This document shows positions 40,370-51,731 of a stretch of 64,000 nucleotides of DNA, piece after piece. Position numbers and translations under genes: made by a program. The stretch is from Mobula hypostoma (lineage: Eukaryota): the NCBI RefSeq assembly GCF_963921235.1, contig NC_086097.1, forward strand, positions 103,852,001-103,916,000. The letters run 5' to 3'. Each line of letters starts with the position of its first letter. Position 1 is the stretch's first letter. The notes beneath the pieces are model-generated. The model did no database searches. It worked only from the letters and a program-made list of their open reading frames with translations, and was not told where the DNA came from.

Positions 40370-41735
40370 GCCACCAGTCCGCACTCCTCACACCCGTCCC
40401 TACTCTGTCCTCCTCCCTCCAACCGCACCCGTCCCCACTCTGTCCCCCTCCCTCCAACCGCACCCATCCCCACTGTCCCCCTCCCTCCAACCGCACCCAT
40501 CACCACTCCATCCCCCTCCCTCCAACCGCACCCATCACCACTCCATCCCCCTCCCTCCAACCGCACCCATCACCACTCCATCCCCCTCCCTCCAACCGCA
40601 CCCATCCCCCTCCCTCCAACCGCACCCATCCCCACTCCGTCCCACTCCCTCCAACCGCACCCATCACCACTCCGTCCAACCGCACCCGTCCCCACTCCCT
40701 CCAACCGCACCCGTCCCCACTCCCTCCAAGCGCACCCATCACCACTCCCTCCCCCTCCCTCCAACCGCACCTGTCCCCTCTCCATCCCACTCCCTCCAAC
40801 CGCACCCATCCCCACTCCGTCCCCCTCCCTCCAAACGTACCCATCCCCACTCCGTCCCACTCCCTCCAACCGCACCCGTCCCCACTCCCTCCAACCGCAC
40901 CCGTCCCCACTCCCTCCAACCGCACCCGTCCCCACTCCCTCCAACCGCACCCATCCCCACTCCGTCCCACTCCCTCCAACCGCACCCATCCCCACTCCCT
41001 CCAACCGCACCCGTCCCCACTCCCTCCAACCGCACCCGTCCCCACTCCCTCCAACCGCACCCGTCCCCACTCCCTCCAACCGCACCCATCCCCACTCCCT
41101 CCAACCGCACCCATCCCCCTCCCTCCAACCGCACCCATCACCACTCCATCCCCCTCCCTCCAACCGCACCCATCCCCACTCCGTCCCACTCCCTCCAACC
41201 GCACCCGTCCCCACTCCCTCCAACCGCACCCGTCCCCACTCCCTCCAACCGCACCCATCCCCACTCCCTCCAACCGCACCCATCCCCCTCCCTCCAACCG
41301 CACCCATCACCACTCCATCCCCCTCCCTCCAACCGCACCCATCCCCACTCCGTCCCACTCCCTCCAACCGCACCCGTCCCCACTCCCTCCAACCGCACCC
41401 GTCCCCACTCCCTCCAAGCGCACCCATCACCACTCCCTCCCCCTCCCTCCAACCGCACCTGTCCCCTCTCCATCCCACTCCCTCCAACCGCACCCATCCC
41501 CACTCCGTCCCCCTCCCTCCAAACGTACCCATCCCCACTCCGTCCCACTCCCTCCAACCGCACCCGTCCCCCTCCCTCCAAACGTACCCATCCCCACTCC
41601 GTCCCACTCCCTCCAACCGCACCCGTCCCCACTCCGTCCCACTCCCTCCAACCGCACCCGTCCCCCTCCCTCCAACCGCACCCGTCCCCCTCCCTCCAAC
41701 CGCACCCATCACCACTCCGTCCCCCTTCCTCCAAC
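40370..41735. repeat. C-rich minisatellite, core CCCCACTCCCTCCAACCGCACCC(A/G)T (25 bp, with 35-bp variants)
   Basis: Directly visible tandem array. Confidence 0.97.
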
Positions 41736-41753
41736 TATTCCACTAACCCTTGA

Positions 41754-41828
41754 TCATAGAAACATAGAAAACCTACAGTACAATACAGGCCCTTTGGCCC
41801 ACAATGCTGTGCCGAACATGTCCTTACA
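41754..41828 (-). mobile_element. Very short CR1 3' tail
   Basis: Near-identical to 7735-7808 and 52627-52698. Confidence 0.8.
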
Positions 41829-42129
41829 GCTTAAAGCTTGCATGAAAACAATTCACCACTGCCTTTCCACCATCTTGATTCTGCCTCCCCATCCATCTCT
41901 ACCTTATCCCTCCTATCCCCTTCCATTATCCTCCTCTCCTCCATCCACTCTTCCCACTTTCACCAATCTCTTTGCCCCCATTGCTTCATTACCTTATCCC
42001 TTTCTCCTCCCTTGTCCCCACCCCCTCATCCACTCCCTTCTCATCTCCCCACACACCCTCCCCCTCCTTACAACTCACTTTCACCCCTCCCAACACCTCC
42101 CTTATCTCCTCACACCACCTTAACCCATC

Positions 42130-42880
42130 CTTCACTTCCCCACTCCACCACACCTCATCCTTCCCTTCCCCACTCTATTCCACCCCACCTCACCCAACCC
42201 CTCCCTTCCCCACTCCATTCCACCCCACCCCTCCCCTCCCCACTCCATTCCACCCCACCCCTCCCCTCCCCACTCCATTCCATTCCACCCCACCCAACCC
42301 CTCCCCACTCCATTCCACCCCACCTCACCTCTCCCCTCCCCACTCCATTCCACCCCACCTCACCTCTCCCCTCCCCACTCCATTCCACCCCACCTCACCC
42401 AACCCCTCCCTTCCCCACTCCATTCCACCCCACCCCTCCCCTCCCCACTCCATTCCACCCCACCCAAACCCTCCCTTCCCCATTCCATTCCACCCCACCC
42501 AACCCCTCCCCACTCCATTCCACCCCACCTCACCTCTCCCCTCCCCACTCCATTCCACCCCACCTCACCTCTCCCCTCCCCACTCCATTCCACCCCACCT
42601 CACCCAACCCCTCCCTTCCCCTCCCCACTCCATTCCACCCCACCTCACCCAACCCCTCCCTTCCCTTCCCCACTCCATTCCACCCCACCTCACCCCTCCC
42701 CTCCCTTCCCCACTCCATTCCACCCCACCCAACCCCTCCTTTCCCTTCCCCACTCCATTCCACCCCACCTCACCCCTCCCCTCCCTTCCCCACTCCATTC
42801 CACCCCACCTCACCCCTCCCCTCCCTTCCCCACTCCATTCCACCCCACCTCACCCAACCCCTCACTTCTCTTCCCTTCCC
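42130..42880. repeat. C-rich minisatellite built from pentamers (CCCCA-CTCCA-TTCCA-CCCCA-CCTCA)
   Basis: Directly visible tandem array. Confidence 0.95.
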
Positions 42881-43099
42881 CAATGCATCCACCCCATAGC
42901 TTCCTCCCTTCATTCCTCCACTTCACCTTCATTTTCCCACCCCAGCCCTGCAATCATCTCCCCACACCCAACTCTCCTTCACTTCCTTACAACTCCACTT
43001 CAACCCCTCCCCAACTCACTTTTACCCCTCCTCTCACACCCACCCCTTCATCCCTCCTCACTCCACCCTTCACTTCCATACTGCACCCCACCTCACACC

Positions 43100-44415
43100 A
43101 ACTCTCACTGCAGCCTGCCCCTCACCCCTAACACCTCCCTTCCCTCCCCCACTCCACCTCCCTCTCAACCCTCCCCTCCCTTCCCCACTCACCCTCCTTC
43201 CCCACTCCACCTCCCTCTCAACCCTCCCCCACTCACCCCTCCCTTCCCCACTCACCCCTCCCTTCCCCACTCACCCCTCCCTTCCCCACTCCACCTCCCT
43301 CTCAACCCTCCCCTCTCACCCCTCCCCTCTCACCCCTCCCCCTCCCTTCCCTTCCCCACTCACCCCTCCCTTCCCCTCCCCTCTCACCCCTCCCCCTCCC
43401 CTCCCTTCCTCACTCACCCCTCCCTTCCCCACTCCACCTCCCTCTCAACCCTCCCCCACTCACCCCTCCCTTCCCTCCCTTCCCCACTCCACCTCCCTCT
43501 CAACCCTTCCCTCCCTTCCCCACTCACCCCTCCCTTCCCCTCTCAACCCTCCCCTCCCTTCCCCACTCACCCCTCCCTTCCCCACTCTGCTCTGCCTTCC
43601 CTTCCCCACTCATCCCTCATCTCTCACCCCTCCCTTTACCCTCCCCTCTCCACCTCCCTCTCACCCCTCCCTTCCCCACCTCCCTCTCACCCCTCCCTTC
43701 CCCACCTCCCTCTCACCCCTCCCTTCCCCACCTCCCTCTCACCCCTCCCTTCCCCTCCTCACTCCACCCTCTCCTCCCTTCCCCACTCACTCCTCCCCTC
43801 CCCACACCCCTCCCCTCCCTTCCCCACTCACCCCCCCTCCCCTCCCCACTCACCCCTCCCTCCCCTCCCCACTCACCCCTCCCCTCCCCTCCCCACTCAC
43901 CCCTCCCCTCCCCTCCCCACTCACCCCTCCCCACTCACCCCTCCCCTCCCCTCCCCACTCACCCCTCCCCACTCACCCCTCCCCTCCCCTCCCCACTCAC
44001 CCCTCCCCTTCCCCACTCACCCCTCCCTTCCCCACTCACCCCTCCCCTCCCCTCCCCACTCACCCCTCCCCTCCCCTCCCCACTCACCCCTCCCCTCCCC
44101 TCCCCACTCACCCCTCCCCTCCCCACTCCACCCTCCCCTCCCTTCCCCACTCCACCCTCCCCTCCCTTCCCCACTCCACCCTCCCTTCCCCACTCCACCT
44201 CCCTTCCCCACTCCACCCTCCCCTCCCCACTCCACCTCTCACCCCTCCCTTCCCCACTCCACCCTCCCCTCCCTTCCCCACTCCACCCTCCCCTCCCTTC
44301 CCCACTCCACCCTCCCCTCCCTTCCCCACTCAACCCTCCCCTCCCCCCTCTCACCCCTCCCCACCTCCCTCTCACCCCTCTCCTGTCCACCCTCCCATCC
44401 CTTCCCCACTCCATA
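43100..44415. repeat. C-rich array of CCCCACTCACCCCTCCC(T/C)T-type units abutting the exon 1 donor
   Basis: Directly visible; almost no G on the plus strand. Confidence 0.95.
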
Positions 44416-44425
44416 GCCCCCTCAC

Positions 44426-44472
44426 CTCTTGCTCAGCGGTCGGACTCTCACTGCCACTTTCACATTCGCCAT
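44426..44472 (-). CDS. STARD9: Coding exon 1 of kinesin-3 family StAR-related lipid transfer protein 9 (STARD9/KIF16A)
   Basis: Minus strand reads ACC-ATG-GCG (good Kozak context), MANVKVAVRVRPLSK-AG|GTGAG donor, inside a CpG island. It matches the kinesin motor N-terminal motif VxVAVRVRP and the STARD9 start MANV(Q/K)VAVRVRPLSKRE. Confidence 0.93.
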
Positions 44473-44780
44473 GGTTGAGTAACAGGAAGATATTTTAATC
44501 CGCGGATTTTACTGACATCCTCCAAAAGCGCAACCGGCAATGCCGCCGAGCAGAGACCGACAACCGTGCGGGGTCCGCTCATCAGACCGCCGGCCCCATC
44601 CCACCGGCCGTTCCCTCTACTCGGTCCGCATCGCGTCGAGGCGGGGCACGAGGTGTCAGTCAGAGCGCGGACACGGCGAGGGGCGGGGCGGGGCTGGGGG
44701 ATGTCAATCAGCTCCGTCCAGTGCTGCCTGTCAATCACGGGGAACTCAGCGCCTGACGGCAGCAATTCTGTTTCCCCTCT
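44430..44780 (-). promoter_or_regulatory. CpG-island promoter/5'UTR of STARD9
   Basis: High CpG density against a CpG-poor background. GC boxes GGGGCGGGGCGGGGC at 44680-44694. TGTCA(A/G)TCA motifs at 44654-44662, 44702-44710 and 44728-44737. Confidence 0.8.
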
Positions 44781-44974
44781 CAGCCATGCAGTTCTGATCC
44801 CCTGCTTGTGGTGGGAATGGAACTGCACCTGAAGTATGTGTGTAGTTCGTATGTTGCAATACCAGCATGCAATTGAAACTGTGTGATGGAAAACCCAGAG
44901 AGACCGTAAGACATACAGCAGAAGGAGAATGTACATAAACTGTAAATAAAGTATATATCAAAATACATATATGT

Positions 44975-45485
44975 CATCCTATATAACCCTGAGATTCATT
45001 TTCTTGCAAGCATTCACAGTAAGTACAAGAAACACACCAAAATCAATGATAGACCGCACCGAAGAAGGACAAACAATGTGCAGAAAACTACCAACTATGC
45101 AGATACAAAAAGAAATAATAATTATAAATAAATAAGCAATAAATAGCAAGAACAAGAGATGAAGAATCCTTGAAAGCAAGTCCATGGGTTGTGAAAGCAG
45201 TTCAGCGACAGGATAAGTGAAGTTTAAGAGCCTGATGGTTGAGGGGTAATAACTGCTCCTGAACCTTGTGGTGTGGGACATGAGGCTGCTGTATCTCCTC
45301 CCTGCTGCTTGAAGGGTAATAACTGTTGATGAACCTGGCGGTGTAGGTCCTGAGGCTCTTGCACCTTCCTCCTGGTGGTAGCAGTGAGAAGAGAGCATGG
45401 CCTGAGGGGTGGTGGTCCTTGATGATGGATGCTGCCTTCCTGCGACAACGCTCCTTGTAAATGTGCTCAATGGTGGGGAGGGCTT
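44975..45485 (-). mobile_element. Rex1/Babar-like LINE 3' end
   Basis: GRRYSSLMSHTTRFRSSYYPSTIRLLN, with a small internal duplication. Confidence 0.7.
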
Positions 45486-46312
45486 CTAGTCTGCTCTACC
45501 ATTCCATCTTGGCTGATTTATTACTTTCAATGCCATTCTTCTGCCTTCTCCCAGTAACTATTGACATCTTTCACTAATCAAGAAGCTATCAAACTCTGCT
45601 TTAAATATACCCGATGACTTAGCCTCTAAAGCTGTCTGTGGCAATGAATTCCACAGGTTCACCACCCTCTGGCTAAATAAGTTCCTCCTCATCTCTTTTC
45701 TAAAGGAATGCCCTCGTATTCTGAGGCTGTGCCCTCTGGTCCAAGACTCCTCCACTGTAGGGAATTATCCTCTCTAAGTCCAACTTATCTAAGCCTTTCA
45801 ATATTTAATAGGTTTCAGTGAGATTCTCCCCTCATTCTTCCAAACTACAGTGAGTACAGGCCCAGTACAATCAAACATTCCTCCTACATTAACCCTTTCA
45901 TCCCTGGGATCATTCTCATGAACTGCCCCTGGATGCTCTCCAATGCCAGCACATCCTTTGTTAGATAAGGGCCCCAAAACTGCTCACAATACTCCAAGTG
46001 TGGTCTGACCAATGCCTTACAAAGCCTCAATATTACATCTTTGCTTTTATATTCTAGTACTCTTGAAAAGAATGCTAACATTGTATTTGCCTTCCTTACT
46101 ACCGACACAAGCTGCAAGTTAATCTTCAGGGAATCCTGCACAAGGACTCCCAAGTCCCTTGAATCTACTGCCTATTTAGAAAACTGTCTACCCCTTTAGT
46201 CAATCAAAGTGCATGACCTTTCACTTCCCTACACTATATTCCATCTGCCACTTCTTTGCCCATTCTCCTAATCTGTCAAAGTCTTTCTGCAGATTCCCTG
46301 CTTCCTCAACAT
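45486..46312 (-). mobile_element. CR1 3' fragment
   Basis: VRKANTML..RPHLEYC; FSQRVVNLWNSLPQ. Confidence 0.85.
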
Positions 46313-46379
46313 TGGAATAGAGAACAGTTCAGCAGGAGAATAGGACCTTTGGTCCACAATGTTCTGCAGAACCAACTTA

Positions 46380-46788
46380 GTTGTAATTTAGCCCTGATAA
46401 GTGAGAGGTATGTATTTTGGAAACACTAATAAAGATAGAATATACCGTACACAGTGAATGATAGGCCATTCGGAATACTGAAGAGCAGAGGGACACTAGC
46501 ATGCAATTCAAGGAATTCTGAGATGGTGGTGCATGGTGAAGAAAGTGTAGAGATGCCAGCCTTTATTAGCCAGGCCACAGAATAGAAGAGAAGGGAGATA
46601 CAACTTTATAATGCACTGGTTAGGTTTCAGCAAGAATATTGTGTGTTGTTCTGCTTGCCCCAGTAAAGGAAGGATTTAATGGCACCCGAGAGGGTGCAGC
46701 AGGGATTAATCGGGATGTTGCCGGGAATGGAGTATCACAGTTACGAGGAAAGATTGGAGAGACTGGATGTGTTTTTTTTTGGAGCAGA
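46380..46788 (+). mobile_element. Decayed CR1 fragment
   Basis: DKCEV.YFG and RVQ..L.GMLPG remnants. Confidence 0.6.
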
Positions 46789-47195
46789 GTCGACTGTACC
46801 TCTTCCTAGAGATGCTGCCTGACCTGCTGCATTCACCAGCAACTTTGATGTGTGTTGCTTAAACTATGCTGTGTTATTTTACACAAACAACAGGAATACT
46901 GCAGATGCTGGAAATTCAGGCAACACACATCAAAGTTGCTGGTGAACACAGCAGGCCAGACAGCATCTCTAGAAAGAGGTACAGTCGACGTTTCAGGCCG
47001 AGACTCTTCGTCAGGACTAACTGAAGGAAGAGTTAGTAAGAGATTTGAAAGTGGGAAGGGGAGGGGGAGATCCAAAAGGCGTTTGCGTTTTTACTGCAGT
47101 ATTCCTGTTGTTTGCGTTTTTACTGCTGCATTCACCAGTAACTTTGATGTGTGTTGCCAGAATTTCCAGCATCTGCAGTATTCCTGTTGTTTTTA
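46789..47195. mobile_element. Cluster of Penelope-like termini in +/-/+ orientation
   Basis: 46789-46862 (+), ~46885-47077 (-) and 47078-47195 (+) are all homologous to 12060-12160 and its downstream extension. Confidence 0.85.
46983..47018 (-). ncRNA. Minimal hammerhead ribozyme motif
   Basis: AGTC-CTGACGA-A-GAG(TCTCGG)CCT-GAAAC-GTC-GACT; stem I perfect, GUC triplet intact, stem II weakened. Confidence 0.65.
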
Positions 47196-47297
47196 TTTTT
47201 ACACATTCAGTTTTGAAAATATGTAAGCAATGTTAATGAATTTGCACTGCTCTCATTCAATATTGCCTAATATTTTTCAAATCAATTTCCCTGACAA

Positions 47298-47680
47298 AGG
47301 AGGGGTGATTGAAATGTTTGTGGCCTAAGGTCGAAGGAGTCAATTTTAGAAAACCTAGCACATTTATTTTTCAACATAGTCCCCACCTACACGTACACAC
47401 TTAGTCCAGCGGTTCTGGAGCATACTGATCTTGGACCTCCAGAAATTGCCCACAGCACGGGTGATTGATAAGTTCATGGCCTAAGGTGGAAGGAAATGAG
47501 CTATACAGCTCTCGTTACATGCAAATGCAGTTTAACTCTTTGAGTGATTATGCAGAAAGTTTGAGGTTAATAAGGGTGATTGATAAGTTCATGGCCTAAG
47601 GTAGAAGGAGATGAGTTATTAACTTCAAACTTTCTGCATAATCGCACAAAGAATTGAACTGCATGTGCATGTAACGAGTA
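47298..47680. mobile_element. Mariner-like MITE remnant with tandem and inverted terminal copies
   Basis: GGGTGATTGATAAGTTCATGGCCTAAGGT occurs 3 times (~47302, ~47458, ~47574); inverted pair ~47510-47572 / ~47616-47679. Confidence 0.6.
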
Positions 47681-48081
47681 ATATGCATAAAATGAAAGTA
47701 GCCAAAAAACATTGTTCAAATGTTCCTCAGATGGCAGAGTTAAAAACTGGGACGCAGAAGAAACAAAAAGACACAGCCAGTTTGGTTGGGGCTGAAGACA
47801 GATCAGTGACTGAGCAAAGTGAGGAACGAAGGCAGAGAATTCTGAGATACTCAGCAGGTCAGACAGGAAAGGTCAGGAACTATCAACACTGAGGAACTTA
47901 ATGAAGGGCACCAACTGAAACTTTAACCCATCAATCTTGCAGATGGACTGGGATTTTCAGTGCTGCAAATAAAACAGTCATTGGGATCTAATTTCACGTT
48001 AATTTAGAGCACCTCATTGTCAAATCCACAATATTTTTATTTTTAAAAAACCACAGGAATTATTGAATAACAGCTACATTC

Positions 48082-48094
48082 TGCCATCTAGTGG
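48082..48094 (-). promoter_or_regulatory. CTCF-like core motif CCACTAGATGGCA
   Basis: Plus strand TGCCATCTAGTGG matches the CTCF core CCASYAGRKGGCR, in AT-rich non-repetitive-looking sequence about 3.6 kb upstream of the STARD9 ATG. Confidence 0.55.
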
Positions 48095-48810
48095 AGATCT
48101 GAAAAGGGATTTGAATACAACAAGTCACATTAAAATTGCAATTTAAATGAATGGTTTCATTCTTCTGTGCTTGTTTTCCAAAGAAAAGAATATCTGGGCC
48201 TTATCATGATAAATTACCCTGACCTCATTTCAGTGCGAGACCTTTGGAGCAAGGGTTATTTTACAGAACAATTAACCAAATGTCCACATATGGTAATCAT
48301 CTTACTTATCCAAAAAGATATCAATAATTATCAACTTGCATTTCTACATTATATGCTCACATGGTTAAATATTCCTCGGCAAAATTCAAGTGTGTGGTGT
48401 ACAGTATATCAAAATGTAATGTTTGGTCAAAGAGGTAGTTTTAAGGAGTTAAAAAAAACAACTACTGGAGGAATTCAGCAGGTCTGGCAGCATCTGTGAA
48501 GGCACAGGGATGGTTGATGTGTTCGGTCAAGAGCCTGCATCAGGACTGAAAGAGGAGAGAGCTAATTTAAAGAGGTGAGAAGAAGGTGTGAGGCAGGAGG
48601 TGGGTGGAACCAGTTGAAGAGGGGAGATGGGGGTTGGGGAGTGTGGCGAGCCATCGGGACATTCACAGTGTTCTCCTTGGTGAACAGGCTGTTTTATGTG
48701 TTTTCCATTTCCTTATTTCCCATTGTTCAATCACCTCCCTCTCTAGAGATCCCACACATTATCTCCTACCATTTCTATAACAACGGAAAGTTTTACAATC
48801 TGTTATGAAA

Positions 48811-48980
48811 TCAAAATTTCTCAAAATCAATTTTCTCCTTTCTCAGGAACTTTGTAGACATTGGATGCTGATTCATAAAAACCTCCCAGTCATCTACTCT
48901 ACCGCCAGCCCTTGCCATTTTGTATTCCCGACTTTTCAATTTCAAACCATCCTTGACCAGCTCTGTTAACCATGGACGGA
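48811..48980 (-). mobile_element. CR1 ORF2 linker fragment
   Basis: PWLTELVKDGLKLKSREYKMAR..DDWEVF resembles the CR1 linker at 13840-14000. Confidence 0.65.
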
Positions 48981-49269
48981 GATGAATAAGACAGAGGAGA
49001 AAGAGAAAAAACACTTGGCTGATGGTGGAAATCTGAAATAAACACTTAGTGCGTGGGGCAGCATCTGTGGAGAAAAAAATGAATGAATGCTAGAGTTTGA
49101 TTACCTTTCATCAAAAATGGTCAGTTCTAATTCAAACTATAAAAGCTGAAACAGTTGAATACAATATTGAGCCAAGAGGGTTATCATTTGCTTAGATGTC
49201 AAAGAAGATGCCATTCTTCAAGTTTACCATATGACATGGGAGCAGAATTAGGCTCTGTTAAGCTCTGTT

Positions 49270-49845
49270 AGAACTTTGAGACCATGACATGTTTCCTGAT
49301 GTATGAAGAATGTTGGTCACGGACCATGGGTACTGCGTACAACCTGTCTATGTGACATGTGAGCCAGCATGCAAGCCAGGGCTGCTGCCCACGCAGCAGG
49401 CTCACCCTCTCCAGGCAGCTGCTGAATCCAAAGGGACACAGAGACCAATACAGTTTGGCACCATCAGCAACACGGGAGTTGCCAGTCAGCAATTAACTCA
49501 ATGTAAGGACTCCACCTCTGGAATTTTCCTTGGGGTTTACTCCGGAAGCCTTCCCCATGAGTGGGTATAGCTGCAAGGAGTTTTCCTTCTCCAAGATGAG
49601 CGGTCAACCAAGGTTGATGAGCCCCATCTGCCTGACGCAACTGGTTTTAAGATGACAATAACTTGCCTTTGTCCCTCCCCTGTTAGTAGAAATTGTTCTC
49701 CTGGGCTTCGTATCTAAGCACACATGAGCCACGGGAGGTGGATTTGGTTGTCAGAGGCTATTTGAGATGCACACTATTGGGAACATTGAATAGGTAGCTT
49801 ATCCCCACCATCTCCCCCGGCTATGACAACCTTAAAGAACCACCT
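49270..49845 (-). mobile_element. RTE-like 5'UTR-derived SINE
   Basis: Related to 13070-13690 in reverse orientation. Confidence 0.45.
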
Positions 49846-50589
49846 GATGTAACAGACACAAAATGCTAGAGGAACCCAGCAGGTCAGGCAACATCTATGG
49901 AGAGGATTAAACAGTTGATGTTTTGGGCTAAAACCTTTCAGCAGGTTTATTCTGTCCATAGATGGAATACATCCCAAAACTTGCCCTTTAACCCTTCCCA
50001 TCATCCAAGAACCTCAAAGTTCTTCTAAGTAAAGGAGCAATTTATTTGCACTTCTTCCATTTCTGTGTGCTCTATGTAGCATCTATGGTCTCCTCTCTAC
50101 TGGAAAACACCTGCATTCAGTGACAAAGGTGACTGCCATTTTGATTCTCTGTCCCTCTGTCATCATGCCCGGTCCTGGGCCACCCACCCTGCTCAGGCAA
50201 AGTTCAATTCAAGCTCCAGGAACAGCATATCATCTTCCAACTAGACACAGAACAATCCTCAGGATAACATTAATTCAACAATTTCAGGAGAGCCAGCCTT
50301 TCCAATTTCAGACCACTCCTGACAAAAGTTCTTAAAGCATATGGCATTAACCCTGATTTTCTATCTTTATACATTCTGCATATTTCCAGCAGTTTTGTGT
50401 TTATTCCCAATTCCGCGGCCACCATGCGTTATAATGTCTATTTTGAGTCTTTTTCCATCTTTGCTGATACGTACAATATGAGTGGAAGAATCTGGAGCAG
50501 GAGAATCAAACTCAAGGCTCAGGGTGCTCTGCCGGTGTTGAGTTCAAATTTGTCAAAAAGACAGCAATTCCTATCATTTATCTTTCACG

Positions 50590-51189
50590 TTTATTTATTA
50601 GAAAATGGTTCTTTTATAAATAGCTCAATAAAATTGTATACAAAATGTTCATCTGTTTAGAGATAGAGATTTAGTACTACACAGCTGACCAAACAATCCT
50701 AACTCTGTTCACCCATTCTCATGGAGTTCACATCAGGACTCTGACATGGCTGAAAAGACTCATCTCACTGTACACAGTAATAGCTTGTAAATAATCATTG
50801 TATATACACAAAGGTCATGGTTTTATGGTTCAATATCCACTGGAGGAATGAACCACCAATACACACACTCATTACCTGCAGATTCAGCAATCTGCATGCT
50901 TATGACAGCTCACTCAAGCTATAATGGAACACTGACACACTGGAAAACAAAGGTACAATTGAAAATACACAGACACTCCTGTAAACATTAACAATCCTTC
51001 ACAGTGGTATCCTACTGAGCAACGCTCAAGACAGGCATTAAATAGAAGGTACTAATTGAATGATATGGTTTCACAAGGGCAAAACTGTAGAAGGATCTTG
51101 TTCACCTGCTCCAGTTACTTATATTAAAACACACAGACACCGACACCGACACAGACACAGACACAGACACAGACACAGACACAGACACA

Positions 51190-51228
<39 letters not shown>

Positions 51229-51731
51229 ACACACACTCCAAAAACAAATTTTACAATATGGATTGCACTCTCTGGAAGTGCAATGTTAAGAAATTCAACG
51301 TTAACTTTCATAAACTTAAACATGAAAGGGAAATGTTGTACATGGAACAGGGAGTATCTTTTAGTTGTTTTTTAAGCTAAGTATCTAGCACAGACATTAT
51401 AGCCTCTGTTGGAGAGAGAGGCCTCTAAATACGGACATGTAAGAGAGAACAGTTAACAGGGAAAGAAGTGCGGAAATAGTACTGATAGAATTGATTGAGC
51501 TGGCACTGACTCAAAGGGATGAATGGCCTCCTCCTGTGTTCTAAGGATGGATGAGATGGATGTTGCTGCTGAGCCTCATGCAGACTTCACCCCAGCTGAG
51601 GTTTGTTAGGGTCAGTGGATACTGCTACCAGAGTCCCTATCCTTCTCAGCACAGGTCTGACCCTTCCCATACCAGATCATGTTCATTAATACTGAGTCAA
51701 CACTCTGTCATAAACCTGGTGCAGTCTTCAC
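50590..51731 (-). other. Putative terminal exon and 3'UTR of an unidentified upstream minus-strand gene
   Basis: Acceptor tgtgttgtttctAG|GT-GAA-GAC... gives xEDCTRFMTEC* (stop at 51699-51697). It is followed by about 1.1 kb of AT-rich sequence ending in minus-strand AATAAA near 50590-50600. No upstream exon was identified. Confidence 0.35.
51130..51237. repeat. Compound microsatellite (ACACAG)n/(CA)n
   Basis: Directly visible. Confidence 0.97.

Noticed and set aside
40370..41735. Regularly spaced repeats resembling a CRISPR array
   Set aside because: No unique spacers, no cas genes, eukaryotic context; a minisatellite.
41972..44416. 814-aa Pro/Ser/His-rich ORF and the many Gly/Trp/Glu-rich ORFs at 40363-44414
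   Set aside because: Artefacts of stop-free C-rich tandem repeats inside intron 1; not extensin-like genes.
44460..44936. 158-aa minus ORF and overlapping plus ORFs over the CpG island
   Set aside because: GC-rich open frames, out of frame with the kinesin start and with no recognisable domain; only the uAUG aspect was kept.
49600..49845. HDV-like ribozyme in the RTE-like 5' region
   Set aside because: A GGTTGTCA/TGACAACC pairing exists, but I could not build the nested double pseudoknot by eye; needs an RNArobo or Infernal search.
51060..51380. His/Arg-repeat ORF
   Set aside because: Translation of the (ACACAG)n/(CA)n microsatellite.
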